DNA from: Magnetovibrio sp.
GTDB lineage: Bacteria > Pseudomonadota > Alphaproteobacteria > Rhodospirillales > Casp-alpha2
Direction: 5' to 3'
Assembly (NCBI GenBank): GCA_002722175.1
Contig: PBKU01000014.1
Coordinates: forward strand, 57,735-81,734
DNA: 24,000 bases
Shown: positions 1-8,262 of the stretch, one piece after another
Layout of the letters: every line of letters begins with the position of its first letter
Numbering within the stretch: the first letter of the stretch is position 1
Position numbers and translations under genes: made by a program
The notes under the pieces: generated by a model
What the model saw: only the letters and a program-made list of their open reading frames with translations
Database searches by the model: none
Told to the model about the DNA's origin: nothing

Positions 1-777
1 ATTCTTACTAATGGTCAGGTTATCTCGGAAGACCTTGGGATTAAACTTGAGAATGTGACTATGGATATGCTAGGTACAGCAAAGCGAGTCAATATAACTA
101 AAGAAGAAACAACAGTTATTGAGGGTGCAGGAAAGAAAAAAGATATTCAGGCTAGATGCACTCAGATTCGCCAACAAATTGAAGAAACCTCATCCGACTA
201 CGACCGTGAAAAGCTGCAAGAAAGACTAGCAAAACTAGCTGGTGGGGTCGCAGTAATTCGTGTTGGAGGGGCGACCGAAATAGAAGTTAAAGAACGCAAG
301 GATCGGGTAGATGATGCTCTGCATTCAACCCGTGCTGCTGTTGAGGAGGGTGTCGTCGCAGGTGGCGGTGTTGCTCTGCTTTACGGAACTCGTTCGTTAG
401 CGAAGCTAGAAGGAGCTAACGCCGACCAAAAGGTTGGCGTCGAGATTGTCCGTAGGGCAATTGAGACACCAGTTCGCCAGATTGCTGAAAATGCGGGTGT
501 TGACGGCGCTGTTGTTGCTGGAAAGCTTCTGGAGCAAAGAGACTTAACAGTTGGATATAATGCACAAACTGGCGTGTATGAGAACCTAATCAAAGCCGGG
601 GTAATTGACCCTGCAAAAGTTGTTAGAACTGCTCTGCAGGATGCAGCTTCGGTAGCTGGTTTGTTGATAACAACTGAAGCCATGGTTGCTGAAAAGCCAG
701 AGAAAAAAGATCCGCCAATGCCCCCTGGTGGTGGCGATATGGGTGGCATGGGTGGTATGGGCGGAATGGGTTTCTAG
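1..777 (+). CDS. groEL: Chaperonin GroEL (Cpn60), C-terminal 258 codons; the 5' end lies outside the window
   Basis: Frame 1 is open from base 1, so the ORF-track Met at 55 is internal. The translation [30 protein letters not shown]...[45 protein letters not shown]...[30 protein letters not shown], followed by a GGM-repeat tail ([13 protein letters not shown]), is textbook GroEL. Stop TAG at 775-777. Confidence 0.97.
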   Translation: MLTNGQVISEDLGIKLENVTMDMLGTAKRVNITKEETTVIEGAGKKKDIQARCTQIRQQIEETSSDYDREKLQERLAKLAGGVAVIRVGGATEIEVKERKDRVDDALHSTRAAVEEGVVAGGGVALLYGTRSLAKLEGANADQKVGVEIVRRAIETPVRQIAENAGVDGAVVAGKLLEQRDLTVGYNAQTGVYENLIKAGVIDPAKVVRTALQDAASVAGLLITTEAMVAEKPEKKDPPMPPGGGDMGGMGGMGGMGF

Positions 778-816
778 CCGAAAAATAATATCCAAATTCA
801 TCTTAATTTTCGAGAA

Positions 817-849
817 AGGGCTACACCGATTTAGTGTAGCCCTTTTTTT
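817..849 (+). terminator. Rho-independent terminator downstream of groEL, possibly bidirectional and also serving map
   Basis: Perfect 10-bp stem AGGGCTACAC (817-826) / GTGTAGCCCT (834-843) with a 7-nt loop, followed by a T-run to 849. On the minus strand the same hairpin is followed only by TTTCT, so it is weaker in that direction. Confidence 0.8.
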
Positions 850-911
850 GATATAATAGCTTAGTTACTTTTATTCTGGTTATAGAAAAAAGGAATGCCT
901 GATAGGGGAAA

Positions 912-1724
912 TTAATCTGGGGCCCCAGTTCCTGATGGTGATAGCGTGAATACTTCGTAGCCGCTTTCTGTTACGCCTAGAGTGTGCTCAAACTGCGCCG
1001 ATAGGGATCTGTCTTTCGTTACTGCCGTCCATCCATCTGCCAGAATCTTGACATCAAAATTTCCAATATTAATCATTGGTTCGATAGTAAAAAACATACC
1101 TTCCCTCAGCACCTCGCCTTCACCAGGGTTTCCGTGATGCATTACATTTGGAGCTTCATGAAAAATTTTTCCAACGCCGTGGCCACAAAAATCACGGACG
1201 ACGGAAAAACGTCGTTCTTCCGCGTGGCACTGGATTGCATGTCCTATGTCGCCAAGAGTTGCACCTGGACGTACCTCCTTAATACCACACCACATAGCTT
1301 CAAAAGTGGTTTCAACGAGTTTACGGGCTTTTTTGTTAGGTTTGCCGACATAATACATTCGGCTAGTATCCCCATGCCAGCCATCAAGTATTGGGGTAAC
1401 GTCTATGTTGATGATATCACCGGCTTTAAGTACTTTTTCGCCTGGGATACCGTGGCATACTACGTGGTTAACTGATGTACAGATAGATTTTGGAAAACCA
1501 CGATAATTTAAGGGTGCGGAGATGGCGCCTCTATCAGCGATAAATTCGTGACAAAGCTTATCTAACTTTCCCGTTGTTACACCTGGTACGACAAAAGGTT
1601 GGATAAAATCCAAGCATTCAGCAGCCAATAGGCCAGCTTTGCGCATTCCTTTAAACGCCTCTGAACCATGCAATTTAATTAACCGGCCGTCGATGGCTTT
1701 AATTGTTTTAGTGGTGTCATTCAT
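912..1724 (-). CDS. map: Methionine aminopeptidase, type I
   Basis: Translation carries MetAP-I hallmarks: FKGMRKAGLLAAECLDFI, VCHGIPG, DIINIDVT, GWHGDTSRMY, FCGHGVG..FHE, FTIEPMIN. The ORF-track start at 1766 is a TTG only 2 nt after the sfsA stop. I prefer the first ATG, at 1724 (MNDTTKTIKAIDG...), because it gives a typical ~270-aa Map. The start is therefore uncertain by 42 nt. Confidence 0.9.
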   Translation of the reverse strand: MNDTTKTIKAIDGRLIKLHGSEAFKGMRKAGLLAAECLDFIQPFVVPGVTTGKLDKLCHEFIADRGAISAPLNYRGFPKSICTSVNHVVCHGIPGEKVLKAGDIINIDVTPILDGWHGDTSRMYYVGKPNKKARKLVETTFEAMWCGIKEVRPGATLGDIGHAIQCHAEERRFSVVRDFCGHGVGKIFHEAPNVMHHGNPGEGEVLREGMFFTIEPMINIGNFDVKILADGWTAVTKDRSLSAQFEHTLGVTESGYEVFTLSPSGTGAPD

Positions 1725-1768
1725 GTATTTTTCCACAAGAACTATACTCGCATTCAAAGCCGACAAAA

Positions 1769-2488
1769 CTACTTTTTTGTTAGCATAACATCAATCGCAG
1801 AATTGATTTTTATGCGTTCCGTGGTCAAAGAACACGTGTAACATAGCACTTCTACACCACACTTTATAGCTTCTTTAAAGGTAGCTCCGTACTCCGGGTC
1901 AATATCCTCAGCAATACAAAACCTGTTTGCATCTTCGCGTTGAACTAAAAAAAACATTATAGATCTATTGCCGTGTTTAACCATTTCAGCAAGTTCTCTA
2001 AGGTGTTTTGTTCCACGTTTAGTAACAGCATCGGGAAACTCTACTAGCCCCTCCTTATTCCACTGGCGTCTGAGGGTTGTATTTTTGACTTCTACATAGC
2101 AATCAGGTTTGTCAGGTGATCTTAATAAAATATCAATACGTGAATTCTGGCCATATGGAACTTCTTGCGTTAGGATTGTATAACCGTCTAGTTCTGGTAT
2201 AAGTCCATTTTCAATACCTTCAACTACAATTTTATTTGATAAGTTGGTATTGATTCCAACAAGAGTATCTCTAACTTGAATCAGTTCCCAAGTGAACTTT
2301 AGTTTTCGATTTTTGTTTTTTGCAGGGCTTAACCATACTTTAGCGCCAGGGGTTTTAACACTTTCCATTGACCCAGAATTCGGGCAATGGGCGGTAACTA
2401 TAGTTCCGTCCTCTAATTCTACGTCCGCTAGAAACCGCTTGTAGCGTTTTATCAAATGGCCAATAATTAATTTGGTCGGATAGTGCAT
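1769..2488 (-). CDS. sfsA: SfsA family DNA-binding / sugar fermentation stimulation protein homologue
   Basis: 239 aa. The N-terminus GHLIKRYKRFLADVELEDGTIVTAHCPNSGSM matches the SfsA family pattern (RYKRFLADV...AHC.N.G.M). The length is typical. It lies immediately upstream of map on the same strand. Confidence 0.88.
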   Translation of the reverse strand: MHYPTKLIIGHLIKRYKRFLADVELEDGTIVTAHCPNSGSMESVKTPGAKVWLSPAKNKNRKLKFTWELIQVRDTLVGINTNLSNKIVVEGIENGLIPELDGYTILTQEVPYGQNSRIDILLRSPDKPDCYVEVKNTTLRRQWNKEGLVEFPDAVTKRGTKHLRELAEMVKHGNRSIMFFLVQREDANRFCIAEDIDPEYGATFKEAIKCGVEVLCYTCSLTTERIKINSAIDVMLTKK

Positions 2489-2831
2489 TGTTAAGTCTTA
2501 CCTATAAAACCCTATATCATTGTTGGGAAAACTTCTTGAATTGCATGTCTAGATTATTTTTAGCAACACGGCATGGTAAAAAACAGAACAAAGAAATGTT
2601 AAACTAATAATTCTCCTAAAAGCAAAGCTCTTTTCAGCTCTTAGTGGTAGAAAGTAGAATTTACATCCCATTCATCCAGGCTCTTATATAGAGCGGCGTT
2701 TTACTTGCATAGAAAACTATGGAAAAAAAGAGGCGCTATTTAAAAGCTTTTTTGTTCGCATTTTTCCAGTAGTATCAAAGTCGCAGTGATTCTGCAGGTA
2801 TATCCTTTTTCTCTAACTTTAATTCAATTTT

Positions 2832-5060
2832 TTGGTAACTTTGACCCAATTGTCCCTACATAATGAACAAATCAAACTTGATGCATTGATTGACAAAGGC
2901 CTTGACCGGCAAAAGGCCGGGGATTTAGTGACTGCAGAAAAACTTTTTCGTTCTGCTTTATCCCTAAAGCCTGATTCAGCCGATGCGAATCATTTTTTAG
3001 GTTTGGTATACTATTCTTCTGGAAAAGTAGCAGAAGCAGAAAAATTTCTTTCCCGAGCATTCGAAATTTTCCCCAAATCACCTGATATTACTGCCAACTT
3101 TGCATTGTTTCTGGCTTCTAAGGGAGATGTAACAGGATCAATTGCAGTATTTAAAAAAGCGATACAGCTTAGACCAAATGACCCCCAGTTATTTAATGAC
3201 CTTGGTGTGCAGTTGCGCTCCCATGGAATGCTAGAAGAAGCGGAGAAATACTTTCGTTTGGCAATTAAATTTGGAAAGGGGCACTTCAATCCGTGGTATA
3301 ACCTTGGCAACTTGCTTTTGTCCAAAGGAGAATTTTGCGGTGCCTTGGAGGCCTATAAAAAAGCTATGTCAATATGCCCGAATAACCCTGACGTAGCGGT
3401 AAACCTAGGAATCGTATTAGTTCACCTAGGATCGTATAAAGAGGCTCAGAGTCTTTTAGAGAATACACTCAGGAATATCCCGGGTCATGCGGGTTTGTTG
3501 AATAACCTAGGTATTTTGCACAGAAGGAGAGGCGAACTCATAAAAGCCCAAGAATGTTTAGAAAAAGCCCTAGGTATAAGCCCAAATCAACCCGATGTGC
3601 TATACAATCTAGGGCAGACGCTTTGTGCAAATAATAATATTGTTAGCGGGAGAAAACACCTTAGATTGGCAGTGGATTCTAACCCCCATTTTACAAAAGC
3701 GTTTTGGGGACTTCATTTAACGTTGCCACTTATCTACAATTGTGAAGATCAAATCATTGAAGAGAGAGAGCGTTGGAAAGCCGGCTTGGGAGAAGTTGTT
3801 GGAAATATTCGTTTAAATACTCAGGCAGAGATCCAAAATGCGCTTGAGACTATTTCTGAATTAACAAATTTTTTGCTGCCTTATCAAGGGAGGGAAGATC
3901 TGGAAATCCAAAAGATTTATGGTAATTTGATTTCCCGAATTGCTACTGCTGCATTTCCCCAGCACACACCAAGTGCGAATCTTAAGCCACCTAAGCGGCA
4001 GAAACCCATTGTGGTTTTTGCTTCGTCTCATTTTCGGAGGCACACTGTTTTTAATTTATTTTCAGCCTGGATAATGGAACTGCCGAAAGCAGAATTTGAA
4101 GTCCACGCGTTAAGCATTGGTCAGCACAACAAAAAAGAAGTAAATAAGCTTAAAGCTGCTGGCGTAGTTGTTCATACCGACTGTATAACACTGAAAAGCC
4201 AGATAATGCGGCTTTCTAAATTAGAGCCAGACGTTTTAATTTACACCGATATTGGCATGGATCCACTAACACAGGTTCTCGCAGGACTTCGTTTTGCACC
4301 GCTCCAATGCGCGGCTTGGGGGCACCCAGTTACATCCGGGATGCCAGGAATTGACAGTTTCTTGTCGAGTGAACTGATGGAGCCTCCAAAAGGGGATAAC
4401 CATTATTCAGAAGCATTGGTTCGGTTGCCCGGACTGTCAATTAATTTTGAACGACCTGATGTCCAGGTTGAAAAAATCAGCGCTCATGGGGCGCCAGTTT
4501 TCTTCTGCTCTCAAAGTCTCTTTAAGATCTCACCAGTACAGGATAGATTTTTTGCGGAGCTATTAGCGGATTTTTCTAAAGCAAAACTCCGCTTTATTGA
4601 ACACGACAACGTGCATATTACCAGGGCTTTTGTTTCTCGATTGACCTCTGTTTTTAAGAAATATCAAGTTAGCTTTGCTGACCGCGTCGAAATGTGCCCT
4701 AGGACTAGTCGAAGAGGCTTTTTTGAATTGCATTCAGATACCACATTAGTGCTCGATAGTTTTAGGTGGTCAGGGGGCAATACTAATTTGGAGGCTCTTG
4801 CTTTAGGAGTTCCCGTTGTAACCCTGCCTGGCAGTTTAATGCGAGGGCGTCATGCCCTTGGTATGTTAACTGCCCTTGATTTACCCGACCTGGTAGCAAA
4901 TAGTGGTGATAACTGGGTTGAAATTGCGATTGCGCTTGCAAAGGATCATTCTTGGCGCACTAATATAAGATGGCAAATTGTTCAGAGGTCGCAAAAATTA
5001 TTTGGGTGCAATTTGTGGTTTGATGATCTAAGAGCTCATTTAAGAGCTCAAACTAATTGA
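2832..5060 (+). CDS. TPR-repeat protein fused to a GT41 (SPINDLY / O-GlcNAc-transferase-like, COG3914-type) glycosyltransferase domain
   Basis: 742-codon ORF. About eight 34-residue TPR units fill the first ~290 aa (e.g. ADANHFLGLVYYSSGKVAEAEKFLSRAFEIFPKS). The C-terminal half carries GT41-like motifs: GHPVTSGMPGIDSFLSSELMEP, FFCSQSLFKISP, LDSFRWSGGNTNLEALALGVPVVTLPG. An in-frame TAA sits at 2820-2822 and there is no ATG for ~130 codons, so the start must be TTG (2832, 2841 or 2850). Confidence 0.75.
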   Translation: MVTLTQLSLHNEQIKLDALIDKGLDRQKAGDLVTAEKLFRSALSLKPDSADANHFLGLVYYSSGKVAEAEKFLSRAFEIFPKSPDITANFALFLASKGDVTGSIAVFKKAIQLRPNDPQLFNDLGVQLRSHGMLEEAEKYFRLAIKFGKGHFNPWYNLGNLLLSKGEFCGALEAYKKAMSICPNNPDVAVNLGIVLVHLGSYKEAQSLLENTLRNIPGHAGLLNNLGILHRRRGELIKAQECLEKALGISPNQPDVLYNLGQTLCANNNIVSGRKHLRLAVDSNPHFTKAFWGLHLTLPLIYNCEDQIIEERERWKAGLGEVVGNIRLNTQAEIQNALETISELTNFLLPYQGREDLEIQKIYGNLISRIATAAFPQHTPSANLKPPKRQKPIVVFASSHFRRHTVFNLFSAWIMELPKAEFEVHALSIGQHNKKEVNKLKAAGVVVHTDCITLKSQIMRLSKLEPDVLIYTDIGMDPLTQVLAGLRFAPLQCAAWGHPVTSGMPGIDSFLSSELMEPPKGDNHYSEALVRLPGLSINFERPDVQVEKISAHGAPVFFCSQSLFKISPVQDRFFAELLADFSKAKLRFIEHDNVHITRAFVSRLTSVFKKYQVSFADRVEMCPRTSRRGFFELHSDTTLVLDSFRWSGGNTNLEALALGVPVVTLPGSLMRGRHALGMLTALDLPDLVANSGDNWVEIAIALAKDHSWRTNIRWQIVQRSQKLFGCNLWFDDLRAHLRAQTN

Positions 5061-5105
5061 ACGGAAAATATTTCTAAGTTACGACCCGCAGTTATTAATA
5101 ACCAA

Positions 5106-5720
5106 CTAACGTGAGTAATATTCAATAACTAAGTTAGGCTCCATTTGAACAGGGTAGGGGACATCCTCTAACTTTGGTATTCGGACAAAGGTGCCTTCGA
5201 GTTTCTGGTGATTAACAGTAACATATTCAGGCACATCTCTTTCAGGGCTTTCTAAGGCGAGAAGTACCATTGGAATTTTTTGGGCTTTCTCTCGAACAGC
5301 AACAACATCTCCTTCGCGGATTTGATATGAAGGAATATTTACGCGCTTATTGTTTACCGTGACGTGCCCATGGTTAATAAATTGTCGAGCAGCAAAAACG
5401 GTAGGTACTAGTTTCATCCGGTAAATCACAGCATCTAAGCGTCGTTCTAAAAAGCCTATTAAATTCTCAGATGTGTCTCCATGGCGCGCTTGTGCGGCCT
5501 TGTAATAATTACGAAATTTTTTTTCAGAAATATTGCCATAATAACCCTTTAATTTTTGTTTTGCCTGCAACTGTGCTCCGAAGTCAGAGGGTTTTTTGCG
5601 TTTTTGGCCATGTTGTCCGGGCCCGTATTCTCTTTTATTAAAGGGGCTTTTTGGTCGTCCCCAGAGATTTACCCCGAGACGGCGATTAATCTTATATTTA
5701 GCTGCGATTCGTTTAGACAT
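5106..5720 (-). CDS. rpsD: 30S ribosomal protein S4
   Basis: 204 aa. [39 protein letters not shown]...[12 protein letters not shown]...[11 protein letters not shown] is unmistakable bacterial S4 with the S4 RNA-binding domain. It is monocistronic here. Confidence 0.97.
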   Translation of the reverse strand: MSKRIAAKYKINRRLGVNLWGRPKSPFNKREYGPGQHGQKRKKPSDFGAQLQAKQKLKGYYGNISEKKFRNYYKAAQARHGDTSENLIGFLERRLDAVIYRMKLVPTVFAARQFINHGHVTVNNKRVNIPSYQIREGDVVAVREKAQKIPMVLLALESPERDVPEYVTVNHQKLEGTFVRIPKLEDVPYPVQMEPNLVIEYYSR

Positions 5721-5812
5721 AGACGACTTTCTTGCTAGATTTGACGGCGCAGAGCACTACGATGAGCGCTTGGACCACGACCTCTAAAGTGGTTAGTGGT
5801 TTAATTGCGCGA

Positions 5813-5840
5813 AATATAGGCTTCATTATAAATTTGTCAA
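5813..5840 (-). promoter_or_regulatory. Candidate sigma70-type promoter of rpsD
   Basis: On the minus strand: TTGACA (5840-5835), a 16-nt spacer, then TATATT (5818-5813). This implies a ~85-nt 5' UTR before the rpsD ATG at 5720. Read by eye only, with no experimental support. Confidence 0.4.
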
Positions 5841-5971
5841 ATTTTAAAACTTAAAGTGAAGAAAATTTTGTCTGACTATAAGGAGCAAAAATAGATTATT
5901 TAACAATTGTTTAGTTATCTGGAATTGTAGGAGTAGTCTTAGGACTAATAAGCGATTTTGCTGTTTTAGCT

Positions 5972-6550
5972 TTATGATTCCAATTCACAATCCCAATAGA
6001 GAAAATCTCGCCAACTTTCATGAAGATAGTTAGGAGGGAAGCAGCGGCCACACTGTTGCAGCTCTTGAACAGTCGGGCGTTTTGGTGTTTTTTTTAGTCG
6101 TACGCGAGCATGTTTTGGTAGTCTGTGACCTTTTGATAGGTTGCAGGGGGAGCATGAGGTTACAACATTTTCCCACGTTGTTTTTCCCCCATGTGCCCTT
6201 GGGATCACATGGTCAAATGTCAGTTTTTCTGCAGGAAAGTTTTTTCCGCAGTATTGGCACGAAAATTGATCACGCAAAAAAACATTAAATCTGGTAAAAG
6301 TAGGTTTGCACCGGATTGGGATAAACTCTTTTAACGCTATTACACTTGGTACAAACATTTTGCAGCTAGGTGATTGCACAGTATAGTTGTATTGGGAAAT
6401 TACACTTACTCGTTGCAGAAAAACAGCCTTTATAGAATCCTGCCATGACCATAGTGACAGCGGAAAATAGTTAAGCGGCTGAAAGTCTGCGTTAAGTACT
6501 AAACTTGGGTTGGATTCAGACATAACCATACCGTTAAAAAAGCTCATCAT
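5972..6550 (-). CDS. Standalone HNH endonuclease-family protein (conserved ~190-aa type with an N-terminal domain of unknown function)
   Basis: HNH/zinc-finger core CQYCGKNFPAEKLTFDHVIPRAHGGKTTWENVVTSCSPCNLSKG. The N-terminal LVLNADFQPLNYFPLSLWSWQDSIKAVFLQRV and C-terminal FPPNYLHESWRDFLYWD are typical of the widely conserved small HNH family. Four Met codons fall in the first 10 codons, so the start is uncertain by up to 27 nt. Confidence 0.8.
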   Translation of the reverse strand: MMSFFNGMVMSESNPSLVLNADFQPLNYFPLSLWSWQDSIKAVFLQRVSVISQYNYTVQSPSCKMFVPSVIALKEFIPIRCKPTFTRFNVFLRDQFSCQYCGKNFPAEKLTFDHVIPRAHGGKTTWENVVTSCSPCNLSKGHRLPKHARVRLKKTPKRPTVQELQQCGRCFPPNYLHESWRDFLYWDCELES

Positions 6551-6607
6551 GTGATATCGAACTAGCTAGTTTCTCTTAGCCGTATTGCGAAATTAATTTT
6601 CCAATAA

Positions 6608-7291
6608 TCAACGCCTTAACGACTGTAAGTCAATATCAAAACAATCAGCTAAAAAAAACATTCCAGCTTTTATACCATCATCATCAAGATTATGGCCAAC
6701 TTCTGGCCGAGCTAGTCCCTCCGCTTTCACGCCAAGATTTCGCAATGTGTTCAATGCTTGTTCCATGGCATCAAATGGGACGACCGAATCCGCTTGCCCA
6801 TGAATTAGCAACACAGGTGGTTTTGATTTTAATTCTGTCAATAACTCCGTATCCCCTATTAAAGCTCCCGAAAACCCTAGAATGCCGGCAAGCTTGCGGG
6901 GACGACGAAGGCCTGACCACAGGGCTAGCATGGTGCCTTGAGAAAATCCAACAAGGGCTGTTTCTTTTTCACTTAAACCCGTGGCGGCTAGTTGGTCATC
7001 AATAAATTGATTGAAGATTTTAGAGGCGTTTCGTAAACCTTTTAGTTTTTGGTCATAGGATGGATCACTTAGGCTAAACCATTGATAACCCGGGGGGCCC
7101 CCGTCAAAAGTTTCCGGTGCATTTGGCGCGACAAATATAGCGTTAGGTAGAACTTTTTCAAAATAATTAGCTAAATTTATAAGGTCATTTCCATCCGCCC
7201 CTACACCATGGGCCATGATTACGAGCTGTTCAGGCTTACCACCTGTTATTGGTCCTCGACTGGCTCCGCTGAGCTTGACATTTTTATCCAT
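6608..7291 (-). CDS. Alpha/beta hydrolase, phospholipase/carboxylesterase family
   Basis: 227 aa. It has the nucleophile elbow GFSQGT, LLIHGQADSVVP (acid residue region) and a late H in VGHNLDDDG. The size and motif order fit the PF02230-type carboxylesterase family. Confidence 0.8.
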   Translation of the reverse strand: MDKNVKLSGASRGPITGGKPEQLVIMAHGVGADGNDLINLANYFEKVLPNAIFVAPNAPETFDGGPPGYQWFSLSDPSYDQKLKGLRNASKIFNQFIDDQLAATGLSEKETALVGFSQGTMLALWSGLRRPRKLAGILGFSGALIGDTELLTELKSKPPVLLIHGQADSVVPFDAMEQALNTLRNLGVKAEGLARPEVGHNLDDDGIKAGMFFLADCFDIDLQSLRR

Positions 7292-7388
7292 AATTTAATG
7301 TTCCTATAATAAAGACTATATAACTTTTTAATGATAGTTATGAAACGCTTGATATGAAAATTACGATTTCTGTGTATAAAGTAAGGTC

Positions 7389-8234
7389 ATGACAATTATT
7401 ACCCGATTTGCTCCTAGCCCAAGTGGTTTTTTGCATTTAGGTCATGCATACGCAGCTATTTATGCAGCCAATTGTGCAAATGGATCAAGCGATCGTTTTT
7501 TGCTACGTATTGAAGATATTGATCAAAGTCGCTGTAATCTGTCATTTGAAAAATCGATTTTTCACGATTTATCTTGGCTTGGTCTTGATTGGGAAAGCCC
7601 AGTTCGGCGGCAATCGGAACACTTTGATGATTATGATGATGCGCTTCAAAAATTAAAGGTTGCTGGATTTGTATACCCTTGTTTTTGTACTCGGAAGGAA
7701 ATTCTTCATGAAGTGATTGCGGCCGGCAATGCGCCACATGGGAATGATAAGGTTATCTATCCGGGAACTTGCAAAAACCTTGGAGAATCGGAGCAGGAAG
7801 AGCTTATCTCTTCTGGGAAACCATATGCTTTTCGTTTGAACATGAAAAAAGCTGTTGAATATACGGGGGGCCTGGCCTGGTATGACCGGATAAAGGGTAA
7901 GCAAATTGCACGCCCAGAAATATTTGGTGATATCATTGTGGCTCGAAAAGAATTTTCAACGAGTTACCATCTAGCTGTCACTATTGATGACCATCTCCAA
8001 GGTGTTTCCTTGATTACAAGGGGAAGTGACCTATTTGATTCGAGCCATATTCACCGCCTCTTGCAAGCACTATTAAATTTAGATTCACCCTGCTATGAGC
8101 ATCACCGTTTAATTACGACCCCAATAGGTAGGCGGATTGCAAAGCGCGATAAAACTAATAGATTGGCGGATTTAAGGGAGCGCGGAATGTCTCCAATGGA
8201 CATATACAAAATGATTGAACTGACGCCATGGTAA
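7389..8234 (+). CDS. gluQ: Glutamyl-Q tRNA(Asp) synthetase (truncated GluRS paralogue)
   Basis: 281 aa with no anticodon-binding domain. Contains RFAPSPSGFLHLGHAYAA (class I HIGH-type motif), LLRIEDID, the Zn-site-like CFCTRKE...YPGTCKN, and YHLAVTIDDHLQGVSLITRGSDL. This matches the YadB/GluQRS architecture. Confidence 0.85.
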   Translation: MTIITRFAPSPSGFLHLGHAYAAIYAANCANGSSDRFLLRIEDIDQSRCNLSFEKSIFHDLSWLGLDWESPVRRQSEHFDDYDDALQKLKVAGFVYPCFCTRKEILHEVIAAGNAPHGNDKVIYPGTCKNLGESEQEELISSGKPYAFRLNMKKAVEYTGGLAWYDRIKGKQIARPEIFGDIIVARKEFSTSYHLAVTIDDHLQGVSLITRGSDLFDSSHIHRLLQALLNLDSPCYEHHRLITTPIGRRIAKRDKTNRLADLRERGMSPMDIYKMIELTPW

Positions 8235-8262
8235 AAGACCTGGTTATAGGAGTCTTGTTCGA

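Noticed and set aside
381-749. 122-aa ORF antisense to groEL, plus the 71-aa ORF at 586-801
   Set aside because: It lies entirely inside a confidently identified groEL reading frame. The Pro/Ser/Ala-rich, low-complexity translation is typical of a shadow ORF. The same reasoning applies to the antisense ORFs at 1134-1475, 3011-3325, 6745-7005, 7456-7904, 8334-8750, 17963-18280, 19452-19844 and others.
739-771. Tandem 9-nt DNA repeat (ATGGGNGGN, about 3.7 copies)
   Set aside because: It encodes the canonical GGM repeat tail of GroEL. It is not an independent repeat element.
2719-2772. 17-codon mini-ORF (MEKKRRYLKAFLFAFFQ) in the sfsA / TPR-GT41 spacer. Nearby are a 7-nt direct repeat AGCTCTT (2626-2642) and a 5-bp hairpin GCTCT/AGAGC (2680-2694).
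   Set aside because: The mini-ORF has no Shine-Dalgarno. The repeats and stems are too short to distinguish from chance in 343 bp of AT-rich DNA. There is no basis for calling a leader peptide or an sRNA.
5972-6550. Considered the HNH gene here and the GIY-YIG gene (23635-23889) as homing endonucleases, mobile elements or defence nucleases
   Set aside because: Neither sits within an intron or intein. Neither has flanking repeats, a methylase or helicase partner, or other defence-island neighbours. Both belong to small, widely conserved chromosomal families.
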